Shown in pieces: positions 34,491 through 48,165 of a DNA stretch of 64,000 nucleotides. The translations under genes and the position numbers were made by a program. The notes beneath the pieces are model-generated. The model was given only the letters and a program-made list of their open reading frames with translations. It had not been told where the DNA came from and searched no databases. The DNA comes from Raja brachyura (Eukaryota): NCBI GenBank assembly GCA_963514005.1, contig OY740809.1, forward strand, positions 14,074,001-14,138,000, given 5' to 3'. Position 1 is the stretch's first letter; each line of letters opens with the position of its first letter.

Positions 34491-36371
34491 AATTGTCATC
34501 ATTCTCTGCCTCGGGGTTAGAATTGCTAAGAACATTCTGTATAAGGGAGACAATTCTGAGGTAGCCGACATTAAAAAATCAATAGCAGTGAAGAAGGCGC
34601 GAGATGGTATTTCAGAGTGTTGTACATCAGGTCCAGATGATTTATGAAGCGGACAAAATCACAGTCTGTGAGAGAAGTTTGTAAATGTATTTGAAATTCA
34701 TTGGAAGTCGAGTGTGTCTGATGTCTGTGGCCAGACTCCAGGTCAGAGGTGCACCTCTCAGAGTATGTTCCCATCCTCAGTCACCCAACATGGACAGGGA
34801 GCTGGAGGTGATCAGAGATTTGCTTCTCCAGAAATGGCAATAAAGCCGTGGTCAATGAGGCTGGAGATCTCCCTTTTATAAAGTACCTTGGAATTTAGTC
34901 CATTTAATATTGATTTCAGAACTCGTTATTATCTGCTCCTGTTATAACCACAAGCAGCTCCGCTGACATTTCCTTGGGGAATTTTCCATCTTTCACATTG
35001 CCTTTGCCCAGATATGTAATCTTGTAGAGTAATAACTTTGGAATGGCAGTCGATGGTATTAGCAAGGTCTGAAATACAACTGCAGCAAAAAACAGAGGAA
35101 GCGACTTTAAAGCTGACCAACATCTAGAGTCTGACAACCATGAATGTGTGTGTGTATCTGCTTGTGTGAGAGATCAAGTAACTTTGTGGTTCAGTGCAGG
35201 GGGCATCATACCACCCCCAAAATATAGACGAAGCAAAAAGTTAGTTTCAATGACATTAGTTGTAGAATCAATTAATCTTTACAGTGCATGTCTACATAGA
35301 TCAATGAAACATCCTCAGCCTATTCCCAACTTCCCACATTGGATTAGTAGCCTTGCACATGATGGCTTCAGTAGACATTCATTTCTGTCTAATATGATGA
35401 GGGCTCTGGCCCTCAACTTCCTTCAGGCAGTAAATTCCAGATCCCTACCCAATGAGTCTTTCCTAATTCTAAGCCTCTCCCAGCTCCACTAATTCAAAGA
35501 CCCCCACCCTATTCCGTCCTTCATTCTGGCTGAGATCTTCCCATTATGGCAACATTCTCATAATTCCTCTCTTGTGCCTTCCTATAATGTGCTGAGCAGA
35601 GAAGGAGGCAGCTCCTTACTTCCTTAAACAAATCCTTCCTGAATCGGCCCCTTTCCACATGCAGGCTTTACTTTCTCTTATTATAGGTTCCAATAATTTG
35701 CATGGGACTAAGTTAAACTAATTAGCCTTTTTTTATCCCTTCCTCATGTTGTAGCAAAGAGGATTGAAAATCCAGACTTAGCAATTTATCCACCTCCAAA
35801 TAGGTAAGCTCTTTAATAATTCCTCTTTTACACTTTATCAAATATTTCACACTCATCACCGATGCCACCTTCTCTCCCTCTTCTGAACACAGCCACAAAG
35901 CTAGGACTTGAGACATCCTGCACCTCCACAGGTTACATTTTTCATTTCAAGTAGGATATTATTTCCTTAGTTCCCTTGTTCCTAATCTACATAAATAACC
36001 TGCCTAGATTTTCCTCATCAGTATTTTTCAGGCACTTTCTTTGCTTTTGTAATTGCCAAACAAAGAACATTTTTCATTTCAATAAATGGTTCCATTAATG
36101 ATCCTTTATGAGTTCAATCAAATATATTCATCAGAGACTATTGGAGGCAGCTGCATTGGTACAATTTGCAATTTCCATAGACTGCACTTGGCGATGAGAT
36201 GTGTTATGAGAATTCTTGAAGTTATTGCTTTAATCACAGGCAGCTATCATCGAAATGGTCAACTGGCCATCTAATTGGACATTTTAAACAGTGGACACAT
36301 TGATAAAAATACATCTATTGATGCTCCTGAACACATCATCAGCTGTGGTTGATCAGACCATGACTTGTGTT

Positions 36372-37247
36372 CACTCGTAACTCTGCTCTCAATCCCCATC
36401 CCGTCACTCATAACAAGGGCAGAGTCCCCCTTGTCCTCACCTTTCACACTACCAGCCGTCACATACCACAAATAATCCTCCGACATTTTCGCCACGTGCA
36501 ACGGGATCTCACCACTGGCCACATCTTCCCATCTCCTCCCCTTTTGGCTTTCCGCAGAGACCACTCCCTCCGTACCTCAGCGGTCAATTCGTCCCTTCCC
36601 ACCCAAACCACCCCCTCCCTTCCCACCCAAACCACCCCCTCCCACTTTCCCTTGCAACCGCAGGCAATGCCACACTTGTCCCTTTACCTCCCACCTTGAC
36701 TCCATCCAAGGACCCAAGCCGTCTTTCCAGGTGCGGCAGAGGTTACCCTGCACCTCCTCCAACCTCATCTATTGCATCTGCTGCTCTAGGTGTCAACTGC
36801 TCTACATCGGTGAGAACAAGCGCAGGCTTGGCGATTGCTTCGCCCAACACCTCAGTTCGCAATAACCAACGTGATCTCCCGTGGCTCAGCACTTCAAATC
36901 CCCCTCCCATTATGAATCAAACCTTTCCATCCTGGGCCTCCTCCATGGCCAGAGTGAGGCCCACCATAAATTGGAGGAGCAGCACCTCATATTTCACTTG
37001 GGTAGTTTACACCCCAGCGGTATGAACATTGACTTCTCCAATTTCAGGTAGTCCCTGCTTTCTTCTCTTTTCCCCTCCCCTTCCCAACTCCCCCACAGCC
37101 CACTGTCTCTGCCTCTTCCTTTCTTCTTCCTGCGCACCCTCCCCCACCAGTCTGAAGAAGGGTATCGACCCGAAACGTCGCCTATTTCCTTTGCTCCATA
37201 AATGCTGCCTCACCCGCTGAGTTTCTCTAGCATTTTTGTCCACCTAC
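36372..37247 (+). mobile_element. Penelope-like element 3' part with a GIY-YIG endonuclease remnant and terminal repeat
   Basis: RVPLVLTFH, NLIYCICCSRCQLLYIGENKRRLGDCFAQHL, EEQHLIFHLG remnants. Confidence 0.88.
37147..37185 (+). ncRNA. Minimal type-I hammerhead ribozyme core in the Penelope terminus
   Basis: CUGAAGA at 37152-37158, stem II gggt/accc, GAAA at 37172-37175, palindromic ACGU, UC cleavage site at 37178-37179. Stem I is weak in this copy. Confidence 0.6.
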
Positions 37248-37413
37248 GACGTATTCAGGTGGCATTTGCTCCTCCTCATGGACCTCCTCTCCTAATCCAG
37301 AGCCATCTCGAGGCTTTCTCCACTGCCTCTGTGGTGTTCTTAATTGCTCTTCTCCTTTCCATTCCGTTGATGCCCAGTGCACTCAACGCTTTGTCGAACG
37401 ATTGCCCTGCAAA

Positions 37414-37975
37414 ACATAGAAACCTAGAAATTAGGTGCAGGAGTAGGCCATTCGGCCCTTCGAGCCTGCACCGGCATTCAATATGATCATGGCTGATCAT
37501 CCAACTCAGTATCCCGTACCTGCCTTCTCTCCATACCCTCTGATCCCCTTAGCCACAAGGGCCACATCTAACTCCCTCTTAAATATAGCCAATGAACTGG
37601 CCTCAACTACCCTCTGTGGCAGAGAGTTCCAGAGACCCACCACTCTCTGTGTGAAAAAAGTCCTTCTCATCTCGGTCCTAAAGGATTTCCCCCTTATCCT
37701 TAAGCTGTGACCCCTTGTCCTGGACCTCCCCAACATCGGGAACAATCTTCCTGCATCTAGCCTGTCCAACCCCTTAAGAATTTTGTAAGTTTCTATAAGA
37801 TCGCCTCTCAATCTCCTAAATTCTAGAGAGTATAAACCGAGTCTATGCAGTCTTTGTTCATAAGACAGTCCTGACATCCCAGGAATCAGTCTGGTGAACC
37901 TTCTCTGCACTCCCTCTATGGCAATAATGTCCTTCCTCAGATTTGGAGACCAGAACTGTACGCAATACTCCAGGT
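37414..37975 (-). mobile_element. Young CR1 3' fragment
   Basis: ORF 37506..38024 LEYCVQFWSP...RRLRGDLIETYKI...; (catagaaa)n tail. Confidence 0.93.
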
Positions 37976-39967
37976 ATTTGCTCCTCCTCATGGACCTCTG
38001 CAGCCAACCTCGATGGGCATACACCTTGCCTTCCAGCCCTGCTTATGACAGTCTTTGAACTGCTCTTCTTACTTGATCTTCTTCCTCTCGAGGGCCCCCT
38101 CCAGACGGTCCTCCCACGGCACTGTCAGTTCCAACAAGACAATATTTTTGGTAGCCTCTGAGACTAGGAGAATGTCTGGCCTCAGGGTGGTCATGGCAAT
38201 GTGCTGTGGGAACTTCAGCTGTTTCACCAGGTCTACAGAACGCTGCCAGTCCTGCGCAGTCGCCGGGATTCCTGATGGATTCCTGGCTGCTGTGGTTCTT
38301 GGCAGCTGCACTCAGGCCTTCACGAAGGTGATCATCCGGGTGGTGGGGCGTGCTCGTCTGCAGCTGCTGATTCCCATGCTGGTGGTTTCTGCAATGGGTT
38401 TAAGAACCTGGTCGTGATGCCAAGTGTACCGGGCCTGCCCATGAGCCTTTGGGCAGCCGCTCAGGATATGTTCCAACGTCCCCTTGCCTGAGCATTGCGG
38501 GAAATCTGGAGATTCCGCATTGCCCCAGATGAAGAGGTTCGATGGGCTGGGCAGGATATCATACACTGCCTGGACCAGGAACTTGATGCACTGTGGTTCA
38601 GCCTGCCAGAGCTCAGTCCATGTGACTTTTCGATCCATGGCCTGCTCCCACCTTGTCCAGGCCCCCTGCTGCCTCAAGCCAACCTCTCTTGTAGACCTCT
38701 CCTCCTCCACCGCTGCCCTCAATTCCTCCTGGACCAGCCTGCGTCTCTCCTTCCCCTTGGCCTTGTCAAACTGTGGAGTTGGGAAGATTCCCAGACATGC
38801 TCTTCCCCGAGTCACTGCTCCCACCAGGACTCTGTGGCGTATCCGAGACTCCACTTGCAGCACGGCTTCACCGGCTCCACTTCCTCCCAGTTTTCACCTC
38901 CACCCCTGCCTGAGCCACCTTGGGGTCGCTGGAGTCATACAGCATCACCTCTCTGGCCTGAGTCATCTTAAACCCCTCCTCCAGGGACTTCAAGAGCAGC
39001 TGGAGCTTGGTGTTATTTCCGTAAAGGGCGATGCTGCTAAGGCTCCTGGGAAGTCCTGAGGAAGTTGCTGACTTACCTCTGTAGGACTTCATAGACAATC
39101 TCCAGAGCATCCTTGGCAGGATACAATGCTGGTAAATCCATGCCTTGAACTTGCCTCGAAGCCCTGACCGGTCCCCTGCTCTCAACCAGCTCTCCAGCTC
39201 CTGACAGGTTGCCTGGACTGATGCTGTATCCTTCAGGCTGCTGTTAAACACATGCATCCGAGATGGATTCATAGAGCAGCTTGTAATTGAGCCAACCAGA
39301 GAAAAGGCAATTCTGGATTTAGTGTTGTCCAAAGAACCAGATATGATAAGAGAACTCGAGGTAAAGGAACCGCTTGGAGGTAGTGATTATAATATGGTTA
39401 GTTTTAATCTGCAATTTGAGAAGGAGAACGTTAAATCGAAAGTGTCAGTGTTGCAGTTGAACAAAGGGGACTATGAAGGCATGAGAGGGGAGCTGACCAA
39501 GGTAGCCTGGAAAGGGATCCTAGCAGGGATGACGGTGGAACAGCAATGGCAGGAATGTCTGGGCATAATCCAGAAGACGCAGGATCATTTCATTCCAAAA
39601 AGGAAGAAAGATTCCAAGGGGAGTAGGAGGCAACCGCGGCTGACAAAAGTTAGGGATAGAATAAAACTAAAAGAAAAGATGTATAACACAGCAAAGAGTA
39701 GCCGGAAGCCAGAGGATTGGGAAACTTTCATAGGACAACAGAAGGAAACAAAACGGGCCATATGGGCTGAAAAGATGAAGTACGAGGGGAAGCTGGCCAG
39801 GAATATAAAGAAGGACAGTCAAAGCTTCTTTAGATATGTTAAGGGAAAAATAGTAGCACAGTCAAATGTGGGTCCCTTGAAGGCACGGATGAAATTATTA
39901 TGGGCAACAAGGAAATAGCAGAAGAGTTGAATAGGTACTTCGGATCGGTCTTCACTAAGGAAGACAC

Positions 39968-41316
39968 TGTGGCGTCCGCCTGTACACGGGCCACTTATGC
40001 ACGAACCCTCGTCAGGAGATACGAGGGCGGGCACGTGACGTCATGGGCTTGAGGGCGTGTCCTGGTACTTAAGGTCATCTCACCTCGAGACCTTGAGGAG
40101 TCGACAAGTAGCTGAGCCCGAGAGTACAACCTCGCTCAGCTACAGCAACATTGTAATCTGGTTAGCGCACCAACTTAACGTGTCACCACTGAATAAACAA
40201 CACTTTGAACCGACCTGACGTCTCACCTTTATTCACCACGTATGGTGCCGCTACATTGGTGACCCACGACTGTCCGAATTGAAATTTGGACACCTGAAGC
40301 ACGCAGCCTCGGGAGACCTGATGTCTGCAGCCAGCGAGCGTCTGCAGCCTCCTGCCCACAGCAAGGCTGACGCAAGCCCGACGGCCCTGGGAGCAGAGAG
40401 GGAGTACCTGCTGCTCTGCCGCTCCCGACAACGGACCCCGGCCCGGCCTCGCACTGCGAACGCGGCTCCAGGCCCTGCACTGCACCGGGCTCCACTGCTT
40501 TAGGCCCGGCACCGGCCTCACCTCACCTGCACCGCACCAGGCCTCACCGCTCCAGACCCGGCACCGCAATAGGCCTCGCCATGGCTCCGCGCCCTACCCT
40601 GCACCGCGCCTGACCCCGCCACCCAATAAGGCCGGATTACCTGGGGCGCCTGCCAAAGACGCCCTTCTGCTCCTCACCAGTCTTGAATTGCTGGTGAACG
40701 CCGCCTCAGCCGGCTGGAAAAATGGCCGCCACGGCCTCCTGAACAAGCAGCCGCGCGACTACAAAAACGGCCCTCATCGTTGCTGGGGGCCGTATTTCAC
40801 AGGACACTTTCCCTTGGCTGGTTGAGGAAATGCGACCATGTCTCTTCCATCCAGCGGCTTCTGCATCGGTCTCCTCGCACCCCTCGGGATCGCCCACTCA
40901 GAGCGTCACTGCGCCCGTGGAGAGCTCCGTCCCGACCCACGCCCGGGGTGTTCCAGACCCACACGCAGGAGCCGCCCTTGACCATGCTATTCCTTCCTCC
41001 GGTTCTGGGGGGGGGGGGGGGGGGGTCCTGTGGCAACAGCCTGTACACAGGCCACTTATGCTCGAACCCTCATCAGGAGATACGAGGGTGGGCACGTGAC
41101 GTCATGGGCTAGAGGGCGTGTCCTGGTACTTAAGGTCATCTCACTTCGAGACCTTGAGGAGTCAACAGGTAGCTGAGCCCGAGAGTACAACCTCGCTCAG
41201 CTACAGCAACATTGTAATCTGGTTAGCGCACCAACTTAACGTGTCACCACTGAATAAACAACACTTTGAAACGGCCTGACGTCTCACCTTTATTCACCAC
41301 GTATGGTGCCGCTACA
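39968..41316 (+). mobile_element. Non-autonomous LTR retrotransposon (TRIM-like; Gypsy, CsRn1-like PBS)
   Basis: 288-bp LTRs at 39968-40255 and 41029-41316 (TGT...ACA), TSD acac, PBS tggtgaccc, poly-G PPT, 773-bp non-coding interior. Confidence 0.93.
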
Positions 41317-42091
41317 ACACAAACAATCTCCCAGATGTACTAGAGGACAGAGGATCTAAGGGGGTAGAGGAGCTGAAGGAAATTTTCATTAGGCGGGAAA
41401 TAGCATTTGGTCAGCTAATGGGACTGAAGGATGATAAATCCCCTGGGCCTGATGGTCTGCACCCCAGGGTCCTCAGGGAGGTGGCTCTAGAAATATGGAC
41501 GCACTGGTGATCATTTTCCAATGTTCAATAGATTCAGGATCAGTTCCTGTGGATTGGAGGATAGCTAATGTTATCCCACTTTTCAAAAAAGGAGGGAGAG
41601 AGAAAACGGGGAATTACAGACCAGTTAGCCTGACTTCGGTGGTGGGAAAGATGCTGGAGTCAATTATTAAAGAGATAATAATGGGACATTTGGATAGCAG
41701 TAAAAGGCTTAGTCCAAGTCAATGCTCGGAGAAATCATGCTTGACTAATCTTCTGGAATTTTTTGAGGATGTGACAAGTGAAATGGACGAAGGGGTGCCA
41801 GTGGATGTAGTATATCTAGAGATGGTGACTAAATTAAAGCACATGGTATTGGGGGTAGGGTGTTGACATGGATAGAAAATTGGTTGACAGACCGAAAGCA
41901 AAGAGTAGGAGTGAATGGGTCTTTTTCAGAATGGCAGGCAGTGGTGAGTGGAGTGCCACAAGGGTCGGTGTTGGGGCCGCAACTGTTTACCATATATATT
42001 AATGATTTGGAAGAGGGAATTAGGAGCAGCACTAGCAAGTTGACACAAAGCTGGGTGGCAGTGTGAACTGTGAAGAGGATGTTTAGGAGGT

Positions 42092-42667
42092 TCTTGTTCT
42101 TGGTTCTTGGTTTCTTGGTCCTCCAAAATATTCCAAATGGGATTTAAACTGGAGGTGGTGGAGAGAGGACTTAAGCCATAAAGAGTTTTTGGGACGAAAG
42201 AGCTACCTTAAATGTAGTTGCATCTGATTGGGTAACTATAGTAGGGTGGAGATTATTCCATGTTTTAATTGTGCGGGGGAAGAACAAATTGCTGTACACA
42301 TCTGTCTTGGTAGCTGGAATCACAAATTGGATCGAATGCCCTCGTCTGCTCCTAATTGGTTTAGGTTTGGTGTAGGTCTTGTAATCTATGTCGAGCTGGC
42401 CATTTAACATTTTGTAAAAACAGGTCAAACGGTGAACTTCACGTCTGTTTGGTAACACTCGCTTCTCTCTCATAGGTGTTAGTAACAAATCGAGCTGCCT
42501 GTCTTTGGACACGTTCGATGGACGAAATATTTGTATTTGTATATGGGTCCCATGCTGCAACTGTGTAGTCCAAATGAGGGTGGTCTAACGAGGGTGAAGT
42601 ATAGCTTCTTCTTCACAGAATTTGAACAATGATGAAAGTTGCGCCTCAGAAAATTTAGGACCCTGTT
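42092..42667 (-). mobile_element. Divergent CR1-group LINE 3' fragment
   Basis: VLNFLRRNF...LYFTLVRP, WDPY, FFPRTIKTWNNL; (caagaac)n tail. Confidence 0.8.
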
Positions 42668-45600
42668 TGCAGGGTGACCGGGACAGGTTGAGTGAGTGGG
42701 CAGATGCATGGCAGATGCAGTATAATATAGATAAATGTGAGGTTATCCACTTTGGTGGCAAAAACAAGGGGGCAGATTATTATCTCAATGGGGTGAGGTT
42801 GGGTATGGGGGAGGTACAGCGAGACCTGGGTGCCCTTGTACACTGATCACTGAAAGTTGGCGTGCAGGTACAGCAGGCAGTGAAGAAAGCTCATGGAATG
42901 TTGGCCTTCATAACAAGAGGATTTCAGTATAGGAGTAAAGAGGTTCTTCTGCAGTTGTATAGGGCTCTGGTGAGACCACATCTGGAGTAATGTGTACAGT
43001 TTTTGTCTCCGAATTTCAGGAAGGACATCCTTGTGATTGAGGCAGTGCAGCATAGGTTCATAAGATTGATCCCTGGGATGGCGGGGCTGTCATATGAGGA
43101 AAGATTGAAAAGACTAGGCTTGTATTCACTGTAGTTTAGAAGGATGAGGGGGATCTTATAGAAACATTTAAAAATTATAAAAGGACTGGACACGCTAGAT
43201 GCTGGAAAAATGTTCCCAATGTTGGGCGAGTCCAGAACCAGGGGGCCACAATCTTAGAATAAAGGGGAGGTCATTTAAGACTGAGGTGAGAAAAAACTTT
43301 TTTACCCAGAGTTGTGAATTTATGGAATTCCCTGCAACAGAGGGCAGTGGAGTCCAAATCACTGGATGGATTTAAAAGAGAGTTAGATAGAGCTCTAGGG
43401 GCTAGTGGAATGAAGGGATATGGGGAGAAGGCAGGCACGGGTTATTGATAGCGGACGATCAGCCATGTACACAATGAATGGCAGTGCTGGCTCAAAGGGC
43501 CAAATGGCCTCCTCCTGCACCTATTTTCTATGTTTCTATGTTTCTATGCCAAGACTCTTCACTGGCCTTTCGGAGACAGTTGGGATTGGTGTCCCTTCGA
43601 TGCTGAAGTGGAACCTGTCCATGACTTTGCCCTTCTTCAGCACCAGTGACCTTGATTTTCCTGGCTTAAACCTCATTCCTGCCCACCCAGTCAGTTTCTC
43701 CAACCCCTGCAGGATCCACTTGCCTCCTGGCACTGACTCAGTGGCGAACGTCAGGTTGTTCATGATGGCTCTGATTGGTGGTTGGCACACTCCTGACTTG
43801 GTCCGAGGACCCCGACTCTCTGGATCAGCAGACTTGACGATCATGTTCATCGCCAAGGCAAAAAGGATTACAGAGATGGTACAGCCTGTGATGATCCCAA
43901 CCTCCAGTCTGTGCCACTCTGATGTTACTGACCCTGCTGAGAATCTCATGCTGAACTGGTTGTAATAGTCCAGGATGAGATCGGCCACTTGGCTCGGCAC
44001 ATGATGCTTGGCCATGTCTGTCTTGATCAGCTTGTGCGGGATGGAGCCATAGGCACTGGCCAGGTCAAGCCAGAGCACTGTCAGGACTCCCTTGTTCTCC
44101 TTGGCTTCTCTGATGAGCTGGTTCACCACTTCCATGTGCTCTGGACACGCCGGCACTCCAGATAAGCATCCCTTTTGCACAGAGCTGTCGATGTAGCCAT
44201 TGGTGTAGAGGAAGTTGGTTAGCCTCCTTGCTGCAATGCTGAATAAGATCTTGCCTTCAACGCTCAGCAAGGAGATGATCCTGAACTGATCGATCTTCTT
44301 GGAATCTTTTTCCTTTGGGATCCAGACTCCTTCAGCGAATCGCCACTGCTGCGCCACTTTCCCACTCCTCCACATGACTTTCAGGATCTTCCACAGCCAT
44401 TTCAGTAACAAGAGGCAGTTCTGAGCCAGATCTTGCTCTCTTCACAACATCATGGACCTCTTTCAGGATTGGCTCTCTACTATACAACTCCTTTATGGGT
44501 GGAGGTGGTTTTATCAGGATGTTGCACTGGCCCAGCTCCTGCTGCTTGACGGGGTCGCTGTAGGCTGTCTGGATGTGCCGGTCGATCTCCTCCTTCGAGC
44601 AAGCCAAACTCCCACTGCTCTTCTGCCCTAGCAGTTGTTTAGTGAAGCCGAAGGGGTTGGCTATGAAGGATGCTCGCTTCCTGGCTCTTTCCTTCCGGCG
44701 TCTTCAGTGCCACTCAGCTCTATGGAGGATCAGTAGCTTCTTCCTCAGGATGGTTCGCAGCTCAGCCAAAAGGGACGTTGCTCTTTGCTGGCCTTTGTAC
44801 TGCTTCTTGAGGGACTTCAGCTCCTGCCAGATAATGTGGATATAGTTACTGACGGCTCTGTATTCGAGTCAGCCTGATGTGCAAAGCATTACTAATATAT
44901 TTCTATGCTGGCACCACTTGAACCCAGTACAGATACGTCATGAACACAGGCCAAAGGAATGCAAATAAGTTATGTTTTGTTGTCAGCAAGGTTCATGGAA
45001 AACACCGCCATTAAAACAGATCAAGAGAAACACAAGAGACTGCAGATACTGGAAGTCTGAGCATAAAACAAACCGCTGGAGGAACTCAGGGGGTCAGGCA
45101 GCATCTGTGGAGGGAATGGACGGACTGCATTTTGGTTCAGGTCTCTTCTTCAGACCGATGGAGTAAAGGAGAGAAAACTGGTAGAAAGAGTTGAGGGGAA
45201 GGGGTGGGAAGCTACCTGGAAGAGCAAATCAGGGAGCAAATGGTCTCTCGGAATGCTGAATGAGAGGGAGGAAAAGATGGGACAATAAGGTAGTTATCAA
45301 TGTAATGCTGAATGTGCAGCATAAAGCTGAGGAGGCAGATAGATACTCCCTTGACTCAGCAACCTACGTATGAGAGGTTGGATGCATATGTCTCTAACCT
45401 CCACCATGTTACCTACTCTTGTACTGATGTGCATGGGTGTGGATGTCCACAACTCACCACTGCACACTCTGCAGCTAGCCAGTGATTGTATGTGGAACCA
45501 CTGACTCTCTGTCAGCACATTTTAGCCAAACAATAATTAGTGGGTATGTTTATGTACGCAGGCATCCAGAGTGCAGGTAGACACTGGCAATAGGATCACA

Positions 45601-47463
45601 GCTGAATCCATGATCCTGGTCCACTACTGTGAATCAGTGCAGATGAACACAGGAACAAACATGTTCACACTCCACATAATGACACAATTTCACTTCTACG
45701 TTAAAGTGTTATGTATATAAAATCATATTTGGGTGATGCAAGGTTTGAATGGAGTTGGCAGCCTTTAGCATTGGTGCCATCTGTATCCCTGCAATCTGTA
45801 CCATGGCTTCCATCAAATCCTCTGGACTATCCTGGGTTTGGAGAGTAAAGACCAAAGGCGTCCAAAGGATGCATTGGCATGGAGACTTGGTCATCTCCTC
45901 TCCACCGGGCTGCTGCAATCATCACAATTAGCAGCGGACAGAGATGTGCTTACAATGAAATTTATGCCTTTGGATTAATGCCACATCATGATCCCAATGC
46001 CCATTTTTCAATTTAGCAGCTCTTATTATCTATTGTGTTAGCTGTCAACACCTATTACTTACAATGGTGCAGTACAGCATAGGAACAGGCCCAACGGCCC
46101 TACGACCCTACATGTCCGTCGCAAATGTGATGGCAAGTTCAATTAATCTCCTCTGCACATGATCCATATCACTCCATTCCCTGTACATTCATGTATCTAT
46201 CTAAAACCCTCAAATGGCACCATCGTATCTGCCTCCATCGTCACCCCTCTTTAAGGAATTCACAGACTGGTTGAGGATGGCCTTTTCCTTGTGAAATATT
46301 TGTTCAAAATTCTTCATCACATTCATAGTTTCTAGATGTTTTATTGTTACATCTTTGGATAAAGATCCCTTCATCTTTCTGACAATAATTGATCTATGTT
46401 GCACTGTTTTACCATTATGTTAGTATGCAGTACTCGCCTTTGCTGTTCACTAGAACTCTGACACCGTTCACTTTCCCAATGAATTTTTATGTCCCTGCCT
46501 TGTCTCTGCTGTTTCTGCCCCAGGTGTGATTGATATGTATGGTTTCAGTCCAAGGTTCAGGCCAAGGTTTTAATCTTCTTCAGGATTTAATTAGTTTGTC
46601 AATGATCTCCACCATTCTGTCTTGAATTTCTTTATATCTTCTTCGATCTTTCCTTCCAATATCACATTACTTTGTAATTCTCACTGAAAAATTCCAAGGC
46701 AAACTAACTGAGGCCTCTCCACATCGTGACTCTATTATTTGTGTTTCCATACTCTTCACTTTATATTTATTTTCCTTGGTAAATGAATTTTGTAGAAGCT
46801 CACTGTCCTCCAAATTGTGTTTTTTGACTTATTTGCTCATCTTTCAGATTCCCTTTTTGATGTCCTCTTTGCTATTTGTTGTTTACAATATGCTTTCAGT
46901 TGATCAGTGTGGCTGATATCTCCTTCCCCCCTTGCACAGATCATCTGAATGTATTTGCTAATATGTTAGTGCACTTAAAATTTTTTGCATGCAGCAGCAG
47001 CCTCAAATTTAGGTATCCCAAGCTGATCGCAGTTGACTGTACAGTAATTAGTGCCAGAAGGATAATTCAGATCGTGACTTGCGTGCACCTCACCTAGTTA
47101 GTGAAGGCTCTGACACCGTGCTGTGTAACAGTTAGAAGAGGGCATCAGCCTGTGAATTCACACAACCCACAGGACAGCCCGGCAGCCCTCACACACATAG
47201 ACTGCCTTTGAGGAGAATCCTTGAAGAGAGAAATCTCAAAGTTGTGGGGAATTAAATATGTCACAAGGGAGATAGCCCACATATTAGGTTCTTGTATAGT
47301 ACAAGACATCCCATGATTGAAAATAAAATTGTCTGCCCCTGGGACAATGATGTGGGAAGCCAGTTTTCCCATGACATTGATACAAGCTCAGGCAATAGGA
47401 TTGGCAAGATCCAAAACAGTCCAACTCCTTCTAGAAAGAAGTCATCATCCAGTTTACCCTGAA

Positions 47464-48165
47464 GATAGACACAAATTGCCAGAGTAGCTCAGTATTTAAG
47501 AAAAAACTGAAGATGCTGGAAAAATCAAAGGTACACAAAAATGCTGGAGAAACTCAGTGAGTGAGACAGCATCTATGGAGCGAAGGAATAAGGTGACGTT
47601 TTGGGTCGAGACCCTTCTTTTGATGTGGGGGTGGGGCAGGAAGAAGAAAGGAAGAGGCGGAGATGGTGGCCCAGGACAGAAAGGTCGGATATGGAATGGG
47701 AGGGGGAGTTGAGGTGTTGAGCCATCGGGAGATCGGGTTGGTTAATGCGGACTGTGCGGAGGTGTAGGGCAAAGCGATCGCCAAGCCTGTGCTTGGTCTC
47801 ACCGATGTAGAGCAGTTGACACCTAGAGCAGCAGATGCAATAGATGAGGTTGGAGGAGGTGCAGTTGAACCTCTGCCTCGCCTGGAAAGACTACTTGGGT
47901 CCTAGGATGGAGTCGAGGGGGGAGGTAAAACAACAAGTGTAGCATTTCCTGTGGTTGCAAGGGAAAGTACCAGGGTTTGGGTGGGAAGGGACGAATTGTC
48001 CAGGCAAAAAGGATGGGTGACGTTTTGGGTCGAAACCCATCTCCAAACTGAAGTAGTCTGAAGAAGGGTTCCAACCCAAAACGTTACCCATCCTGTTTCT
48101 CCAGAGATGCTGCCTGACCCACTGAGTCTCCAGAGATGACGCCTGGTCCACTTTGTGTCTATCTT
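47464..48165 (-). mobile_element. Penelope-like fragment with inverted termini
   Basis: QLLYIGETKHRLGDRFA remnant on the minus strand, with terminal repeats on both sides. Confidence 0.82.

Larger units (their letters stand above)
39256..43545 (+). mobile_element. CR1 LINE (end of EN, RT and 3' UTR) with nested LTR element and LINE
   Basis: LDLVLS...[27 protein letters not shown]; (tatgtttc)n tail; short TSD atgc. Confidence 0.93.
37255..44841 (-). mobile_element. HERO-like (R2-group, restriction-like endonuclease) non-LTR retrotransposon, 5'-truncated and split by two CR1 insertions
   Basis: RT: WRFAEGVWIPKE...QFRIISLLSVEGK...WLDLASAYGSIPH...GIITGCTIS. Knuckle: QCSGKGTLEHILSGC. RLE: RPDILL...LLELTVPWE. 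Confidence 0.88.

Noticed and set aside
34571-35137. Short ORFs after acceptor-like cag sites (DCDFVRFINHL..., DLANTIDCHSK...)
   Set aside because: No recognisable family and no consistent donor or phase chain; cannot be supported as exons.
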